NCBI RefSeq assembly: GCF_004010195.1
Contig: NC_057718.1
Location: 76,774,129-76,800,828, forward strand
Source: Chiloscyllium plagiosum
Taxonomy: Eukaryota
DNA: 26,700 nucleotides
Direction: 5' to 3'
Position numbers and translations under genes: made by a program. Every line of letters starts with the position of its first letter. The stretch's first letter is position 1. The notes under the pieces are model-generated. The model did not search any database and had not been told where the DNA came from. It was given only the letters and a program-made list of their open reading frames with translations. Below are positions 1-11,056 of the stretch, one piece after another.

Positions 1-970
1 CAATTTTCCATAATCTTTTAAAACTTGGTCGTTCAAGCCATTGTTAAATATAAAATGTTTTGGTGACACTATCCATTCTGCTATCTGTCAGCATGGTGTC
101 AGGGGATCATATTCACTTGCCTATTATTTGCTACCTTATCAAAGAATGTCCTGAAATCTCAAATGTATTTATCTACTACATTATCTCTGACTAATCCCAT
201 CTTTCTGTACCACCCATCTGTAATTTTTGTCATAAGGTAGGAACAGGACTTTCATTTTCATATTTACATGGTTGTAGATCACTTGCTATTTTATTTTTTG
301 TTTCTTGATTTTTTTTTATAGAACTTCTGTAACTTATCTCAAGTCTCTTTGTATTTTCCACATATTGTCTCTTGTTGTCCCTGTACTTAGCATTATCCTT
401 GATTTTTCTTTTATGTTGTTAGTTATGGTGTTTCAGTAGAGTTCTGAAACGGATATTCTTTTTCCAGGCTCATGTTTCCCATTGCTGTTTTGTACCATTA
501 TTTGCCTGTTTTAACTTTCCCAGTTAACTGTTCCTCTGTTGGATTTTCTGCACTTCATTTATTTTTTTTTTGTCATGCTTGTATTTTTAGGTTTGCACAT
601 AAATTATAGTATATTGAGTACTGTTGCCTTGCTGTTGCCCATACATTCACTTTCCTCCTATCTGCTTGACTTCACAATCCATTCCTAAATTTAGTGATGA
701 ATCTTCCCTGTTTGGGCTTCCTGCATAGTCGGTTTATATACTGGAGTAATTTCACTCCCTAGTCCACTTTTTAAAATTCTTCAGATCAATTAATTTCAGG
801 GTACCTTTATGCATTTATTATAAAATGGAAAAGTAAATGAACGCAACTGCATCATTTCAATATCCATTTACAACCAATATCTAGGTGAGGCTTTTTCAGC
901 ATCCTTCATACAAAAATCTTTTTGTTTTTTCAGTACTACAATCTTAAATCTTTGTTCTCTACCCACTCAG

Positions 971-1058
971 GATCCAAGCAAAGAGTGTGACCCATATCGA
1001 ATGTCTGATGGATTACCTATTGCCCCTTGTGGAGCGATTGCAAACAGTCTGTTTAATG
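971..1058 (+). CDS. TMEM30A: TMEM30A/CDC50A (P4-ATPase flippase beta subunit), internal coding exon, 88 bp
   Basis: ctcAG|GAT CCA... translates [29 protein letters not shown], matching the CDC50 '[11 protein letters not shown]' motif. Ends G|GTATGT (phase 1). This frame is not the one in the ORF track. Confidence 0.96.
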
Positions 1059-1800
1059 GTATGTAAGCACCTTTTCTGTGTAAGTAAATTAAAAATCAGA
1101 TTGCATAGCTTATATACAACATGCTTTGATTTGGAACAGTCTGTGAATGTACATCACCTCTGTGTGTTAGAAAGAATACTACTTTGTAAAAATATTTGTT
1201 AGCCTGGTGGCACAATGTACCAAGACAACAAATACTCAGACATATTTAACCTCCCTGTGGAAGAAAGTCACTTAGAATGAAGGTAGAGTGTCAGTGAGGG
1301 TATATCTCAGAAGTGCCATTCAAAGACCTCATACAGAGCCGTGGGGCAAATTGCTGGTACATACTCCCAAGTTGAGTGTGTTGGTACCTCCAATCAAAAT
1401 AAGGAAACTATTCAATTCTCAATTAATGCAATGAACATATTTTATTCAGTTAGTGTTTGTTCCAAATCATTATACTATTCAGCCAATGATTTGTTTTAAG
1501 AAATGAGCAATGGCATTCAGGTTATTGACAATTAAGAAATTGTAAATAATTCAATTAGTGTAATTTTGCTGATGGCCTTAAGTAAGAATGACATACATCT
1601 CTTGTCACTAATTCTTTTCTGTTTGTGTATCCTCTCTCCCATTCCATTGCATCACTTGTCAATGAATCTTGCTAATATTCTTTGACTTATTTCAATCAGT
1701 CACTCCTGTTCTACATGTTCTGTGTGTATTACTGATTTGTATGTTTGAAATATTTTAAGTGATAATAGAGGAATACATACTGTTTTTCAAAAACAAAATA

Positions 1801-2120
1801 CAGGTACACAATTCTTTGTCCGAAATTCCAAAATCTGAAAAGCTTCCAAATTCCGAATGTTTCTTGTGGAGTGTGGAGCATCATTTAGGATACAGGTGAC
1901 CCACCTCCACACCCACTCAAACCACGTCACTCAGATGTGAGGTGGCAGCATGGCCCAGCATTGGCAGGTGTCAATTGAGTCTCAGTGCTCGTACTATTCA
2001 CATGTGCGTCTGCTGTTAGGTGATTTTTTTATTTCACTGTGAAAATGTCATTTATTCTGAAACCTGAAAAATTCTGAAAAATAACGCCCTAAGGATTTCT
2101 GATAAAGGATTGTGCATCTG
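1801..2120. mobile_element. Non-autonomous Tc1/mariner (Tigger/pogo-like) MITE, 320 bp
   Basis: Terminal inverted repeats CAGGTACACAATTCTTTGTCCGAAATTC and (reverse complement) CAGATGCACAATCCTTTATCAGAAATCC, 22/28 identical. Flanked by TA on both sides (1799-1800, 2121-2122). No coding capacity. Confidence 0.85.
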
Positions 2121-2908
2121 TATCTGAAATCTGAAATAAAAATAAGTACTAGAAACATTCAGTGTGTCAGGCAGTTCCTATGGAGAGCACCGGAAAGCTA
2201 ATGGGCTGGGAGATTTCTAAGTAATCAGTCCCTAGCTCCAACGCTTCCGCTTCCACTTTCACTTGAGGTGGGAGGGTGATCCAATAACTTAAGCTGCTCT
2301 AAGCGTTTTCTAGAAACTCAGCAAACAAAGACCGCTGATTAGTGGTACAGCGTAAATGCTTTTTCATTCATTGCTAGTCTCCAGTATGCCCGCCTGGAAA
2401 ACCACCGGCAACTAGGTAGCTCCCCCTCTATCGCAGAGGCTTCCATGCCATCTTCCACATCCTCCCACCTCATTTTTCTCGCTCTCGCTCTCTCTTGATT
2501 CATGGGACAGGCTAGATGGTGAATCTTGCTGAAAAATTGACCAATGAAATCACAGTTAAGTCCAACACTGACATAATGCAAATCAACTTCCATCAAGGAT
2601 CACTTTTAAACATCCCTAATTCTTAGCTGACTTCTTTTCTTATTTTGATGCCTAAGGGCAGCAGCAGTGGTCATTCCACACCCCTGGTACCTGCTCATGG
2701 TGGAGCAAAGAATCCACCTAGCCTGACTGTTCTTTTCTACAAGGTGCATTTATCCACTGAGTTATTGAGAGCAAGCTTTATCTAGTCTTTATTCCATAAT
2801 GTGTTTTCAAAATCTCATGAAATAAATTTGAATTGGCTTTTGTTGTGCTCTCACCTCTGTCTTACCCCCTCACCTATTAATTTCTTGGTTCTTTGATTTT
2901 TCATTTAG

Positions 2909-3049
2909 ATACTTTGATACTGTACTACATTGACAATGGCACTCAAAGTGCGATTCCATTGATTAAAAAAGGCATTGCATGGTGGACAGATAAGAATGTC
3001 AAGTTCAGGAACCCAACTGGGGATTCCAATTTATCAACCATTTTTAAAG
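2909..3049 (+). CDS. TMEM30A: TMEM30A internal coding exon, 141 bp
   Basis: tttAG|AT ACT... gives (D)[46 protein letters not shown], containing the CDC50A '[17 protein letters not shown]' motif. Phase 1-1, donor AAG|GTACCT. Confidence 0.95.
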
Positions 3050-3594
3050 GTACCTTAATTTCAACATTGGATTATATCTTTGAATCAGTATAAGGTTTTT
3101 TTTAATGTAAATTCTATGCTGGAAATTATCTGAGTTGGTAAAAAGTTGTGCCCCTGTTTTCTTGAATGCCTTAACTTTGCAATTAATATATTTAAATACT
3201 CTTTGAGAAAAACTATATGGGTCACCTATAGTTAAGAAATCAGAGTTATAACAGTATGGTGGAGTAAGTATACCTTTTCCAGGTTGGGGTATTTGGTCTC
3301 TGACGGTAAATTGGTTGGATTTAATTGCAATTTTAGTAGATGAGTATACTGTGCAAAAAAGTCTGCTGAATAAGAAAATTAGCATTAGATTAGCAAATGT
3401 GTGGAACAGAAATACCGCAGTAATACATTAAGGAATATTCTGTTGAGTGTCGAAACTGCGTCACCTATTGATGTGCTTGAAATGATAGACTGAGAGTAAT
3501 GTGGATCTTGCAGCTGCTCCTAAGGTCGCAGGCTTACTTCTAGATTTCTTATAGTTATTACATCTCAGTAGATCTATATTCCCACCTAAATCAT

Positions 3595-4496
3595 ATATAA
3601 GGCAAGTTTAGTAGGTTTGCAAATGACATCACCATTTGAAATGGTAGAGTGGGTTGTGAAGAAGGTTATCTAAGATTACAAAGAGATCTTGATCAATTGG
3701 GTCAATGGGCTGACAAATGGCAGTTAGAGTTTAATTTGGATAAATGTGAGGTATTGGATTTTGGTAAAACAAATGGAGACAATAAAAAAAAAGGACTTGA
3801 GTAGTGTTGTAGAATAGAAAAACGTAGAGGTTCAGGTACATAATTCTTTGAAGTTTGTGTCACATGTAGACAGGGTGGTTAAGAAGGCATTTAACATGCT
3901 TGTCTTCATTGCTCAGATGTTAAACTATATGAATTGGGATGTTATGTAGTGAGGCCTCTTCTGGAGTACAGCGACAAGTTCTGGTTTCCCTGTTACAGGA
4001 AGGATATAATTAACCTGGAGTGAGTTCAGAAACATTTATCAGGATGTTGCCAGGAATGGAAGGTTCGAGTTATAGGGAGAGGCTGAATTAACTGGGTCCT
4101 TTTTCACTGGAATGTAAGAGGTTGAGGGGTGACCTTTGAGGTTTATAAAATCAAGAGGGGTATAGATAAGGTGAATAGCAAAGGTGTTCTTGCTATGTTT
4201 GGGGAATTCAAATTGAGGGCATATTTTTAAAGTGAGAGGAGAAATATTTTTGAAAAAGGCATAAGGGGTAAAAACATTTTTAAACAGAGTGGTTTGTGTG
4301 TGGAATGAACTTCCAGAGGAAGTGGTGAATGCAGATAGAGTTAACAACTTTTTAAAGACGTTTAGATAAGTACACAAATAAATGTTAAGAGGGATATGGG
4401 CAAAGCACATGTCAGTCGGATAGGTTAACTTGGGATTATGGTTGGCATGGACTGGTTGGATCGAAGGGTCTGTTACCATGCTGTATGACTCTGACT
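3595..4496 (+). mobile_element. 5'-truncated CR1-type LINE (decayed RT C-terminus and 3' UTR)
   Basis: Remnant of the SKFADDTK motif (gtaggtttgcaaatgacatc), 'VWNELPEEVV' coding sequence, and 3' end gaagggtctgtt..ctgtatgactct. Similar to the copies at 12798 and 22900. Confidence 0.88.
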
Positions 4497-4597
4497 AATT
4501 GTCCAATTCATATTGCAGTAGGGTTAATAATTGGACAAATGTGGGCTGTCCAGTCTTGGAAGAAATTGAATAAAAGTTGAATTTCTACTTTAATGAG

Positions 4598-4816
4598 TAA
4601 AAGGTAAAGTTGTCATAGTTCTACCAGACCATAAGACTGCTCTCTTTTTCGAGGGAGAGATGACTGATGGTTTAATCTGAAGGTCACCATGACTTAGGTG
4701 AGGAGAGAGGTTGAGAAGGCAAATCCTTCAAGGTAACCTTAGCTGGTGTGGGAATTAAACCCACAGTGACTGTGCATTGCAAACCAGCTGTCCAGCCAAC
4801 TGAGCTAACTGACCCC
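4598..4816 (-). mobile_element. tRNA-derived SINE
   Basis: Minus strand begins GGGGTCAGTTAGCTCAGTTGG (A box) and has GGGTTTAATTCCC (B-box-like), followed by a non-tRNA body. Confidence 0.7.
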
Positions 4817-4939
4817 AGAATTAATGAATAATGACGTTGTGGAACACTATTTCTACCTAAGCTATGATATAAGGCAAGTTTCACGTGTTCAAACTGAAAC
4901 AAATGTCTTTGGTGTATGACCAACATGAGGACTGAGTTT

Positions 4940-5040
4940 AAAAACAGAAAATGCTGCAGAAATGAGCAAGTCTGGCAGCATCTGTGGAGAGAGAGAGAGA
5001 GAGTTGAAGTTTGAGTCCAGTGTTACTCCTCTTCAGAACT
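4940..5040 (-). mobile_element. Short terminal fragment of a Penelope-like element with degenerate hammerhead motif and (GA)n
   Basis: aaaacagaaaatgctgcagaaatgagcaagtctggcagcatctgtggagag, related to the terminus at 19285-19370. Minus strand reads AGTT-CTGAAGA-G-GAGT-loop-ACTC-AAAC-TTC-AACT. Confidence 0.6.
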
Positions 5041-5260
5041 GGCTGGGCTTCCTTTTAGAATATTAAAATAGGTATAGAAATTGTAAAATCAGTTTCAAAA
5101 TAAAAATAAATAGCATTTTGAATAGATAAACTTCAGGTTAAATTCAGATATCTTTCATCTACAACTATCTCAATCTTTCAAAATTTTCCAGAAGACCTTT
5201 TCATAATTCAAGAGTTCTCTGGTGGAACTGGTTAAGTTAAAGGTAATATCATGGTATATT

Positions 5261-5823
5261 TTGGACTTTGGTTTGGCCACATTTGAAATGCTGTGTACAG
5301 TTCTGGTTGCCACATTACCAAAACGATGTGGATGCTTTGGAGAGGATGCAGAGGGGGTTTACCAGGATGTTGCCTTGTATGCAAGGCAGTAGCTATGAAG
5401 GGGGGTTGATTAGATTAGGATTGTTTTCATTAGAAATACAGAGGTTGAGGGGGGACTTGATTGAGGTCTACAAAATCATGAGAGGTATAGACAGGGTGGA
5501 TAGCAAGAACATTTTTCTCAGAGTGGGGGACTCAATTACTAGGGGTCACGAGTTCAAGGTGAAAGGGGGAAAGTTTGAGAGGTATGCGTGAAAGGTTCTT
5601 TACGCAGAAGATGGGTAGTGCTTGTAATGCATTGTCAGCAGAGGTGGTCGACGCGGGCACAATAGTGCCATTTAAGATGTATCTAGACCGATACATGAAT
5701 GAGCAGAGATCAAAGGAGTACAGATCCTTAGAAAATAGGCGACAGGTTTAGATAGAGTATCTGGATTGTCGCAGGCTTAGAGGGCCAAAGGGCCTGTTCC
5801 TATGCAGTAATTTTCTTTGTTCT
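5261..5823 (+). mobile_element. 5'-truncated CR1-type LINE ending 10 nt before a TMEM30A exon
   Basis: ORF 5268-5591 (VWPHLKCCVQFWLPHYQNDVDALERMQRGFTRMLP...RLRGDLIEVYKIMRGIDRV...TRGH) is the CR1 ORF2 C-terminus. Candidate TSD TATATT at 5255-5260 and 5824-5829. Confidence 0.92.
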
Positions 5824-5833
5824 TATATTACAG

Positions 5834-6043
5834 ACACTGCGAAACCTGTGAACTGGCCAAAGCCAGTGTATGAGCTGGATCCAACTGATAAGGACAACAA
5901 TGGATTCATCAATGAAGATTTCATTGTGTGGATGCGTACTGCAGCTTTACCCACCTTTCGCAAGCTGTACAGGCTTATTGAGAAAAAGGATGTGTTGACT
6001 CCTACATTACAACAGGGAAATTATACATTGCACATTACATACA
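5834..6043 (+). CDS. TMEM30A: TMEM30A penultimate coding exon, 210 bp
   Basis: tacAG|AC ACT... gives (D)[51 protein letters not shown]...YTLHITY, with the hallmark '[20 protein letters not shown]'. Ends A|GTATCCTTT. Confidence 0.97.
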
Positions 6044-6163
6044 GTATCCTTTTTACTAAAAGTGCTAAAAACTAAACATGCTGCCCGTTTATCATTTTAA
6101 TTTGCCTTTTGAAGTCTTAATGAAGTACTGTGCTTGAAGTACTGATTCGTGTTTGTTCGGAAA

Positions 6164-6486
6164 GTATTACATTTTATATTACATTTTTTACATTACATTA
6201 CAGTGTGGAAACAGGCCCTTCTGCCCAACAAGTCCACACCGACCCGCCGAAGCGCAACCCACCCATACCCCTACATTTACCCCTATACCTAACACTACGG
6301 GCAATTTAGCATGGCCAATTCACCTGACCTGCACATCTTTGGACTGTGGGAGGAAACCGGAGCACCCGGAGGAAACCCACGCAGACACGGGGAGAACGTG
6401 CAAACTCCACAGTTAGTCGCCTGAGGCGGGAATTGAACCCGGGTCTCTGGCGCTGTGAGGCAACAGTGCTAACCACCGTGCCGCCC
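6164..6486 (-). mobile_element. HE1-type shark SINE (tRNA head, CR1-like tail)
   Basis: Minus strand GGGCGGCACGGTGGTTAGCACTG..GGGTTCAATTCCC, body GTGCGTGGGTTTCC-like, and (TAATG)n-like tail. Near-identical to the copies at 6839 and 22119. Confidence 0.92.
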
Positions 6487-6838
6487 ATACGGTGGTGCAG
6501 TGTACATGAGTTTACTTTCTTGCTACAATCAAATGTTTGCAGCTATCGGCCAAATAATACCTGCTATCCTTTTGTATAAACTGCATATTGGCTCATTTGC
6601 GTACCTATCTTTTCACTTTTCTAATTGCATTATGCTGTAAATGGGAATGAAATGAATATAGATGTTGCATCAACAACTATTAGACCTGCAAATACTTAAG
6701 CAGTAAAACTATATTAGTTAGGTATCTAGAGGAAAGGCAGTTCAGATTTAATTGATCATAAGAGATAAAATGTGAATTTATTCTGCAAGTCAGCCTGCTT
6801 AAAGTTACAGTTGGTTTTGCATTTTATACTTGAAGAGT

Positions 6839-7150
6839 GGGCGGCACGGTGGCACAGTGGTTAGCACTGCTGCCTCATAGCGCCTGAGACCCGGGTTCAA
6901 TTCCTGCCTCAGGTGACTGTGCAAACTCCACACAGTCATTCTCCCCGTGTCTGCGTGGGTTTCCCCCGGGTGCTCCGGTTTCCTCCCACAATCCAAAGAT
7001 GTGCAGGTCAGGTGAATTGGCCATGCTAAATTGCCCGTAGTGTTAGGTATAGGGGTAAATGGGGTGTGGGTGGGTTGCGCTTCGGAGGGTCGGTGTGGAC
7101 TTGTTGGGCCGAAGGGGCTGTTTCCACACTGTAATGTAATCTAATCTAAT
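6839..7150 (+). mobile_element. HE1-type shark SINE containing a 19-bp internal inversion
   Basis: A box TGGCACAGTGG, B box GGTTCAATTCC, 3' end gaaggggctgtttccacactgtaatgtaatctaatctaat. Confidence 0.92.
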
Positions 7151-7407
7151 ATGTCTCTGCTTGTACAGTGACATAATCTCAACTATGAAATCAGCAACAG
7201 ATCAATTTTGTAAATTACTGTACCAATTATCCTGTTTGCACATCTGAATTGTGGAAAGAAGGAAATATTACAGTTTGCATGCAATTTTCTCTAATGGCAT
7301 CAGGAAAATTTTCATTCTGTGACAAGATAACAAATATGGCTTATCTTTTCATTTTATTAGATCTGTTTGAGCTGTCAAGTAATTGGTCTCAAATTTTAAA
7401 AAAAAAA

Positions 7408-7870
7408 TAATTTATGGGATGTGGGCATCGCTGACTGGGCCAAATCTATTGCCCATCCCAAACTGCCCTTGAGAAAATGGTGGTCAGGCTCCTCCTTGAA
7501 CCACTGCAGTCCATTTGCTGTAGATAGACTAACAAGGAACTGATTTCCTGCATTTTGATCCAGCAACACTGAGGAAATAGCAATTCTATTTCTCAGTCAG
7601 TATGGTGAGTGGCTTGGAGGGAACCATGCAGGTGGTGGTGTTTTCATATATCTGCTTTCCTTGTCCGTCTAAGTGAAAGTGACAGGTGCTGTCTAAAGAT
7701 CTATGATAAATTGCTATAGTGCACCTTATAGACGGTACATACTGTTGATAGTGTACATCGTTGATGGAAGGAGTGAATGTTGGAAGATGTGGTGCCAATC
7801 AAGTGAGCTGTTCTGTTCTGTTTTGTCAATTTGGTTGTGCAGTTGAAACCACATTTGTCCAGACAAGTAA
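7408..7870 (-). mobile_element. Old LINE 3' fragment (family uncertain)
   Basis: Recognised from recall as a common shark repeat (gggatgtgggcatcgctg..attgcccatccc..gcccttgaga). Minus-strand remnant 'VCTVYKVHYSNLS' resembles an ORF2 C-terminus. Confidence 0.55.
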
Positions 7871-8801
7871 TGAATGTTCCATCTAATATTTGAAATTCTT
7901 CCTTTATGTCAGCCATTATAATTGCACAGCATTTTCTGGAGTAGTATAAAAAGATTAGATTGACAAAGAAGTTGTAAAAGATTTGTTTTGAGCTAATGAA
8001 AGTTTTGCTCACCCCAACTGAAGCGTTACAAAAAAATATATCTACTACCTGGACTCGTATATAAAAGTGAAAATGGTCAAGAGAATGTTACCCTTTATTG
8101 TGTAAGATTACAGTATTGAGAAAAGTGCAAAGAGTGTGCAATGTATTAAAGTATGATTACAATTTATAAATGGTGTAACATACCAAATTACCTAGTCAGA
8201 ACAGCTAGAATGTGAAATCCAATTCTAATTTTAAATGAAAGTTAAAATTGCTCTCTTATTTCCTCCAGCAGGTGGAAATTAATCTATAATTGAATAAATA
8301 GTGTAATCAATTTTGAAAATTGGACTGTGCCATGAAATAATGTATGAACACTCAAAATGCTACTTCATTAAATGTTATCTGGTTTGATCCCAGGTCTGAG
8401 CTGAATTAGCTGATTTGTTGGACTTTTGCAGTTGACTGAGACAGGATGCCCCCTTCTAATCTCTGTGATCATTGCTGGGAAGTACCTTTTGAGCCAGTGT
8501 AGGATTGGTTCAGATTTGATACTTTCCAAATAGTAAAGTTTAGGCACTTCCTCACAGAGAAAACCAGCCTGATGATGATATAACCCCATATTTCATCATA
8601 GCTGAGCAGTTCAATATGTGCTGTCAGTGTAAGAATGTGAGGTGACTTTTGGTCTCATTGGGATTTAATGTGTTCAGAAGTAACTGAACAAAAGGGGGAT
8701 TAAATAAGCATTCTTGAAAATTAATCTAGAAAAAATAAATCAATGATCAAGAAGTGTAAGATTTAAGTTAAGTACTAGTCTTCCTATACTAAACCGTTCA
8801 G

Positions 8802-8995
8802 ATTATCCAGTGCGCAGCTTTGATGGGCGAAAAAGGATGATCTTGAGCACTATTTCTTGGATGGGAGGAAAGAATCCATTCCTTGGGATTGCGTACATCA
8901 CTGTTGGTTCTATCTGCTTCTTTCTGGGAGTCGTACTACTGATCATCCATCACAAATATGGAAGCCGCAACACAAGCGCTGACATTCCTAATTAG
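8802..8995 (+). CDS. TMEM30A: TMEM30A last coding exon (second TM helix, stop TAG)
   Basis: ttcAG|AT TAT CCA GTG gives (N)[63 protein letters not shown]. The frame joins correctly with the previous exon (TAC A|AT = Y-N). Confidence 0.97.
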
Positions 8996-11045
8996 TAGTG
9001 TCTTTGCAACAGAATAATTGCATGTGCATCCATCTAAAGTTCTGATATATGATGAAGCTTTAGGAAGATCTTAGAAAGCAATTCCAGTTATTGTATATGA
9101 AGTGAGATTTGGCTGTGTCTTTGGTGCATTGTCAGTATCTGATTGATGTCTGCGAAAATATGCTGAAAACATTTTGATTTGCAGGTGAAGCAGTATAGTG
9201 CAAAATTGCTTGATCACGTTTTTAAACAATCGATGTTAATGGCTATAAATTCTAAAATCTGTGCATATAGATGTTAATATTCTTGGACCTATTCTAGAAA
9301 TTGCTTTTAATATTTCTTAAGCAATGGTAAAAATTAATTGCACTTTTGTTCTTTCTTACCAACCAGAAATTCAGTGGAATGTGCAAGTTCAGATAAGGAC
9401 CGATTGAAATGTACGTGTTATTTTCTGTACATATGGTGATTATTTCCCCTTAGCGTTAACAAACTGCAACTAGCTCTAGTGATCGTTAGCTAAGACACAA
9501 CACTGGTCAAATGCATGTATAATTGTCAATATGTCTTATTTTCAGTTCCTGTAGATAATTGTTTTGTCTCTTCTGTGAAAACGAAAAATTGAAATTATTT
9601 TGCTTACTGTTTTTGACCAATGCATTCACATGCCACCAATAAATAAGTAGTTAATTGGCAGCTGAAATTGGAGGAGAGGAATGAAATCAGTATAATATTT
9701 CAACACAACATATTACAGATCATAATCTTTTATGCTATAAAGTATCTTCAAATAATGGTGATTTCCCAAAACCCTATACCAAATATTCTTGTCATTATCA
9801 TTTCTAGAACAGCCTGGCTGCAGATGGTGTAACTAAAAGCTATTTTAGCAGGGTAAACAAAAACCTTCTGTTGCAACGAGAGTAAATGTGAGCTGGTAAC
9901 CAATGGCGATCATACTGAGTAGTTGCAACTCTCTTATGATTTATGTTGTCAAACATCTCTTGTTTTGAGGTCATTAGCTCCTTTACTACAAGTTGTTGAG
10001 GGAATTAGTGTGTGTTTCCTTTATGGGAGGCGAAGTGGGAGTAACACGATCGGGTTAGTAGGTGTGCGGGGGTGGGAGGGAGCTGGATTTTGACAACAGA
10101 GTGCAAATTTTGTCAGTTGTAATTTATTGGAATGTAAGTGATATTATTGGTATGAAAATAAAGGTCTGGCTGTAAATGGCTCAATGTTGCTATGTCTAGT
10201 GCTGGAGAAATTATTCTTGCGCAGATTTGGGAAAGGGGAGTTTTCCTTTTCTTCTTGAAAAAATAAGCAAACAATTTCCTGTTCCAGTTCCACTCTTTGT
10301 TGTGAAATTCTTCTCAATAGATTGAAACATAAAAGTATTTTCTTTTGGGGCTGAGGAATGAATATTTACGAACGCACAGACCACAGCATAAATCAGCCAT
10401 GCAACAGAGAGTTAAAAGTATTGTCCTAGCTACTGTTGGAAAAAATTCTTGTGAAATGAATGTAATTAAAGTTTATTTATCACACTTTTGAAAATTTGTA
10501 TTTTTTTAAATAATTACTTGGTTAAGTTGTTTCTAAAGATTGTTGGAACTTGCTTTAGGCTGTTACCAATTGGATTAAAGATCTTTTCAGATGAAACATA
10601 CATTTAGTCTTTTGACAGACTCTTTCTGAAAGCTCCTTGTTGTTTTATGTGGCTGATCTCTGGAGTTAGGAAATTGTGGATTACAGATATTTGAATTAAA
10701 ATTTGTTTAGTCCGCATTGCAATACAAAAGAGTTCATTAACTGACTTTTCGTTGTTAAAGGAATCCTTTTATAAATTAATCAGTTTGTTGAACTCTATGT
10801 TCATACCTGTCCAATATAATTTGACCTTTCTTTAAAGCAGTTGGAAACTCTCAATCCAAAAATCGGATACTTGAATACCAACACCCTTTTTAGGCATAGA
10901 AAATACTTGAATGCAAGTATTCATCTCTAGGTGCGACAAATGATGTTTATATCAAATATTTTGTGTTTCAATAAAGTGCAACTGCACTTACTGGCCTTGC
11001 ATTTGTGCTGATAGATCAATAAAGTCATAGTTCAAAATTACACCT
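8996..11045 (+). other. TMEM30A: Probable TMEM30A 3' UTR
   Basis: AT-rich stretch after the stop with no recognisable transposon. AATAAA at 9638, 10157, 10970 and 11018. The 3' end is inferred from these signals, not from transcript data. Confidence 0.65.
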
Positions 11046-11056
11046 CTTTTTGTGTC
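10970..11056 (+). terminator. Tandem polyadenylation signals with downstream U/GU-rich element
   Basis: AATAAA at 10970-10975 and 11018-11023, both in a TCAATAAAGT context. CTTTTTGTGTC follows at about 11046-11056. Confidence 0.6.

Larger units (their letters stand above)
6044..8801 (+). other. TMEM30A: U12-type (minor spliceosome) GT-AG intron of TMEM30A
   Basis: The 5' splice site GTATCCTTT is the U12 consensus. The 3' end lacks a polypyrimidine tract and has TTCCTATAC (8781-8789; consensus TTCCTTAAC) about 12 nt before the end of the intron. Confidence 0.85.

Noticed and set aside
987..1202. 71-aa ORF in the track
   Set aside because: It overlaps the real TMEM30A exon in the wrong frame and runs into the intron.
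3050..3058. Donor GTACCTTAA resembling a U12 donor with one base missing
   Set aside because: It lacks the invariant ATCC at +3 to +6, and no U12 branch motif lies near the acceptor. Better read as a weak U2 donor supported by exonic AAG.
4740..4816. Possible tRNA gene on the minus strand
   Set aside because: A and B boxes are present but there is no convincing cloverleaf, and it continues into a repeat body. Treated as a SINE head.
6153..6996. Several overlapping ORFs (DCGRKPEHPEETHADTGR)
   Set aside because: Translations of non-coding HE1 SINE sequence.
8370..8590. Possible ancient SINE relic (GGTTTGATCCC..GCTGAATTAGCTGAT), with a similar phrase near 11215-11245
   Set aside because: Too degraded to delimit or classify without a library search.
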